Below the pieces are notes generated by a model that saw only the letters and a list, made by a program, of their open reading frames with translations, made no database searches and was not told the origin of the DNA. A stretch of DNA of 62,719 nt, filler included, from Choristocarpus tenellus KU-1152 (Eukaryota; Protista; Phaeophyceae): the NCBI GenBank assembly GCA_964200185.2. It is 11 parts of 11 records of this genome, joined end to end, with 100 filler letters (N's around TTAATTAATTAA, not from the genome) between each part and the next. Parts side by side here need not be neighbours in the genome. Positions count along the whole stretch, not along the records: positions 52,789 to 62,719 come from CAXNAD020003274.1; 10 more parts are not named here. The stretch is one strand, 5' to 3'. Shown piece by piece: positions 62,541 through 62,719 of the stretch (its first letter is position 1; each line of letters starts with the position of its first letter). Both the position numbers and the translations under genes were made by a program.

Positions 62541-62719
62541 GGCTCAAATTATCTGGGGGGGGTGGCGGCTGTCCATTTGGGGCCCATTTTTCCATGTTGC
62601 ATATTTTGTGTGATTTGATTACATGTGTCGGATGGATAATGTAAGTGTTTTCCTGGTCAGGGCCCAAATGGACACCCTGGTGTAGACCCCCCTACCTTCC
62701 TCCCCCCCTCCCGCCGATA
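62541..62719 (+). mobile_element. MITE family B
   Basis: GGCTCAAATTATCTGGGGGGGGTGGCGGCTGTCCATTTGGG…CCCAAATGGACACCCTGGTGTAGA-(C-rich)-GATA. Confidence 0.85.

Overview
Eukaryotic, intron-rich nuclear DNA, most likely an ochrophyte or brown alga. This is an inference from the GT/GC-AG introns, scattered TTAGGG repeats and TE types. The window is not one contiguous locus: eleven short contigs are joined by ten artificial 100-nt linkers (N44-TTAATTAATTAA-N44), so gene order across linkers is meaningless. Spliced genes recognised by hand: a Shewanella-like PPP phosphatase (+), a head-to-head MICU-like gene (-), an S28 prolyl-carboxypeptidase (-), an F-box/LRR gene (-), a long armadillo-repeat gene (-), an ankyrin-repeat gene (-), VPS20/CHMP6 (-), a complete RPS27 (-), several unidentified multi-exon genes, and a tRNA-Ser(CGA). 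The space between genes holds a clan of ~180-260-bp MITEs with related TIRs, Ty1/copia LTR and gag remnants, a CRE-like LINE 3' end, a plant-type mariner end, minisatellites and decayed ORFs. I found no clear-cut new multi-gene system. The best leads are the MITE clan (G-tract members sit at assembly breaks), the MICU-like/SLP divergent pair, a CpG-island-like pattern, two GC-AG introns, a candidate 13-nt microexon, and an ORF that stops 2 nt before the RPS27 start.
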